Assembly (NCBI RefSeq): GCF_001194135.2
Contig: NC_068985.1
Span: 3,468,619 to 3,502,249, forward strand
DNA from: Octopus bimaculoides
Lineage: Eukaryota
DNA: 33,631 nucleotides
Reading direction: 5' to 3'
Positions 32,633 to 33,631 of the stretch are shown here, piece by piece. The notes beneath the pieces were generated by a model, which was not told where the DNA came from, did no database searches, and saw only the letters and a list, made by a program, of their open reading frames with translations. Every line of letters starts with the position of its first letter. Within the stretch, counting starts at the first letter, position 1. Made by a program: the position numbers and the translations under genes.

Positions 32633-32864
32633 CATATTTATATTTACGAGTTTGTTTCGTCCTGGTCTCGCGATTCATCTTATCGTTTTTGATCACAAGA
32701 ACATTTTTATTTCGAATTGCATTTTCCCTTTTATCAACCCCATGTTTTGTTTCTTCTTGCCTTCGTTCGTTTTTGGTGCGTGATAGGTAATAATTTCCCT
32801 ATTCTAATAAGTTGTTGATTCAGTTGGAATTATTTTTATGCTGAAATTGTTATGAAATTCAATT

Positions 32865-32902
32865 GTCGACTGACGAAGGGACCAGACCTGAGCACGTTCG
32901 AC
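32865..32902 (+). ncRNA. Degenerate Penelope-type hammerhead remnant
   Basis: GTCGA-CTGACGA-A-GG(GACCAGA)CC-TGAGCACGT-TCGAC. Stem I GTCGA/TCGAC is intact and the CTGACGA core is intact, but the expected CGAAACGT is mutated. Confidence 0.4.
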
Positions 32903-33574
32903 TGTACTGTCCTTTCGTTTTTCCTATGATTTTCTTTGTCTGCGCTAATTTTTTCATACATACATACACGCAGATACAGACTCCCACATACCCATACAAA
33001 TACACACATACACAAACGGACACATATAAACAGATACACAAATACACACATACACTGGCATATAAAATATTGAAAGCTTAGAAAGCAAAATAAAAAATAG
33101 GAATGAATCATGTAAACATATATTGCCTTACTAAGACATATAATATTGAATGACAATATATATATTATTATGTTGTATCATTGTTCTCTATAACAAATTC
33201 TCAGTTTTAATAAAACCGCAGCAAGCCAGCGACAATTAGGAGTTTATTGCATTCGCTGATCTTCATAGTTTCTCGGTGAATAACAAAGTTAATCTGTTTA
33301 ATATGCATTGATGTTTTAGGAGAGAAGTCGTAGCCACGTCCATTCTCAAAATAATTCCATCTCTGTTATGTATATTATATATATGCCTATCTTTAGATAT
33401 ATATGCATTTATGCATGGGCGTATATGAATGGAACGTCTATAGTTATATAGACAGAGACACATACAAATACATACTTATATGCGTGTGCTTACGTATAAA
33501 TATATACATGAAACTTTTTTGTTATATGTATACGTACATATACATGTGTATGTGTGTGAATATGTGTGTGTGAG

Positions 33575-33577
33575 TGA

Positions 33578-33631
<54 letters not shown>
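33575..33631. repeat. (AT)n running to the window end
   Basis: Seen directly. Confidence 0.98.

Overview
AT-rich, microsatellite- and retroposon-dense animal DNA with six N gaps. The SINE families and repeat load look like an octopus genome; this is an inference from recalled repeat families, not a search. One gene is supported: a minus-strand NUPR1/p8 stress-response gene (73 aa, 706-927). It has a probable non-coding first exon at about 7099-7174, a TATA/CCAAT/E-box/AP-1 promoter at about 7197-7420 and an intron 1 of about 6.1 kb. No other gene was found in the ~26 kb upstream. That stretch is a patchwork of tRNA-derived SINEs (at least 3 families), LINE fossils (L1/Tx1, RTE) and DNA transposons (hAT/Buster, Tc1/mariner, MITEs), separated by unique islands with clustered ATF4-C/EBP (CARE) and CRE sites. 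The most unusual object is a 207-bp, TSD-flanked retroposon at 26110-26316. It joins a tRNA-like Pol III head to a Penelope-type minimal hammerhead ribozyme and has an inverted 5' tip. A second, degenerate hammerhead-like motif lies at 32865-32902. All assignments are by eye.
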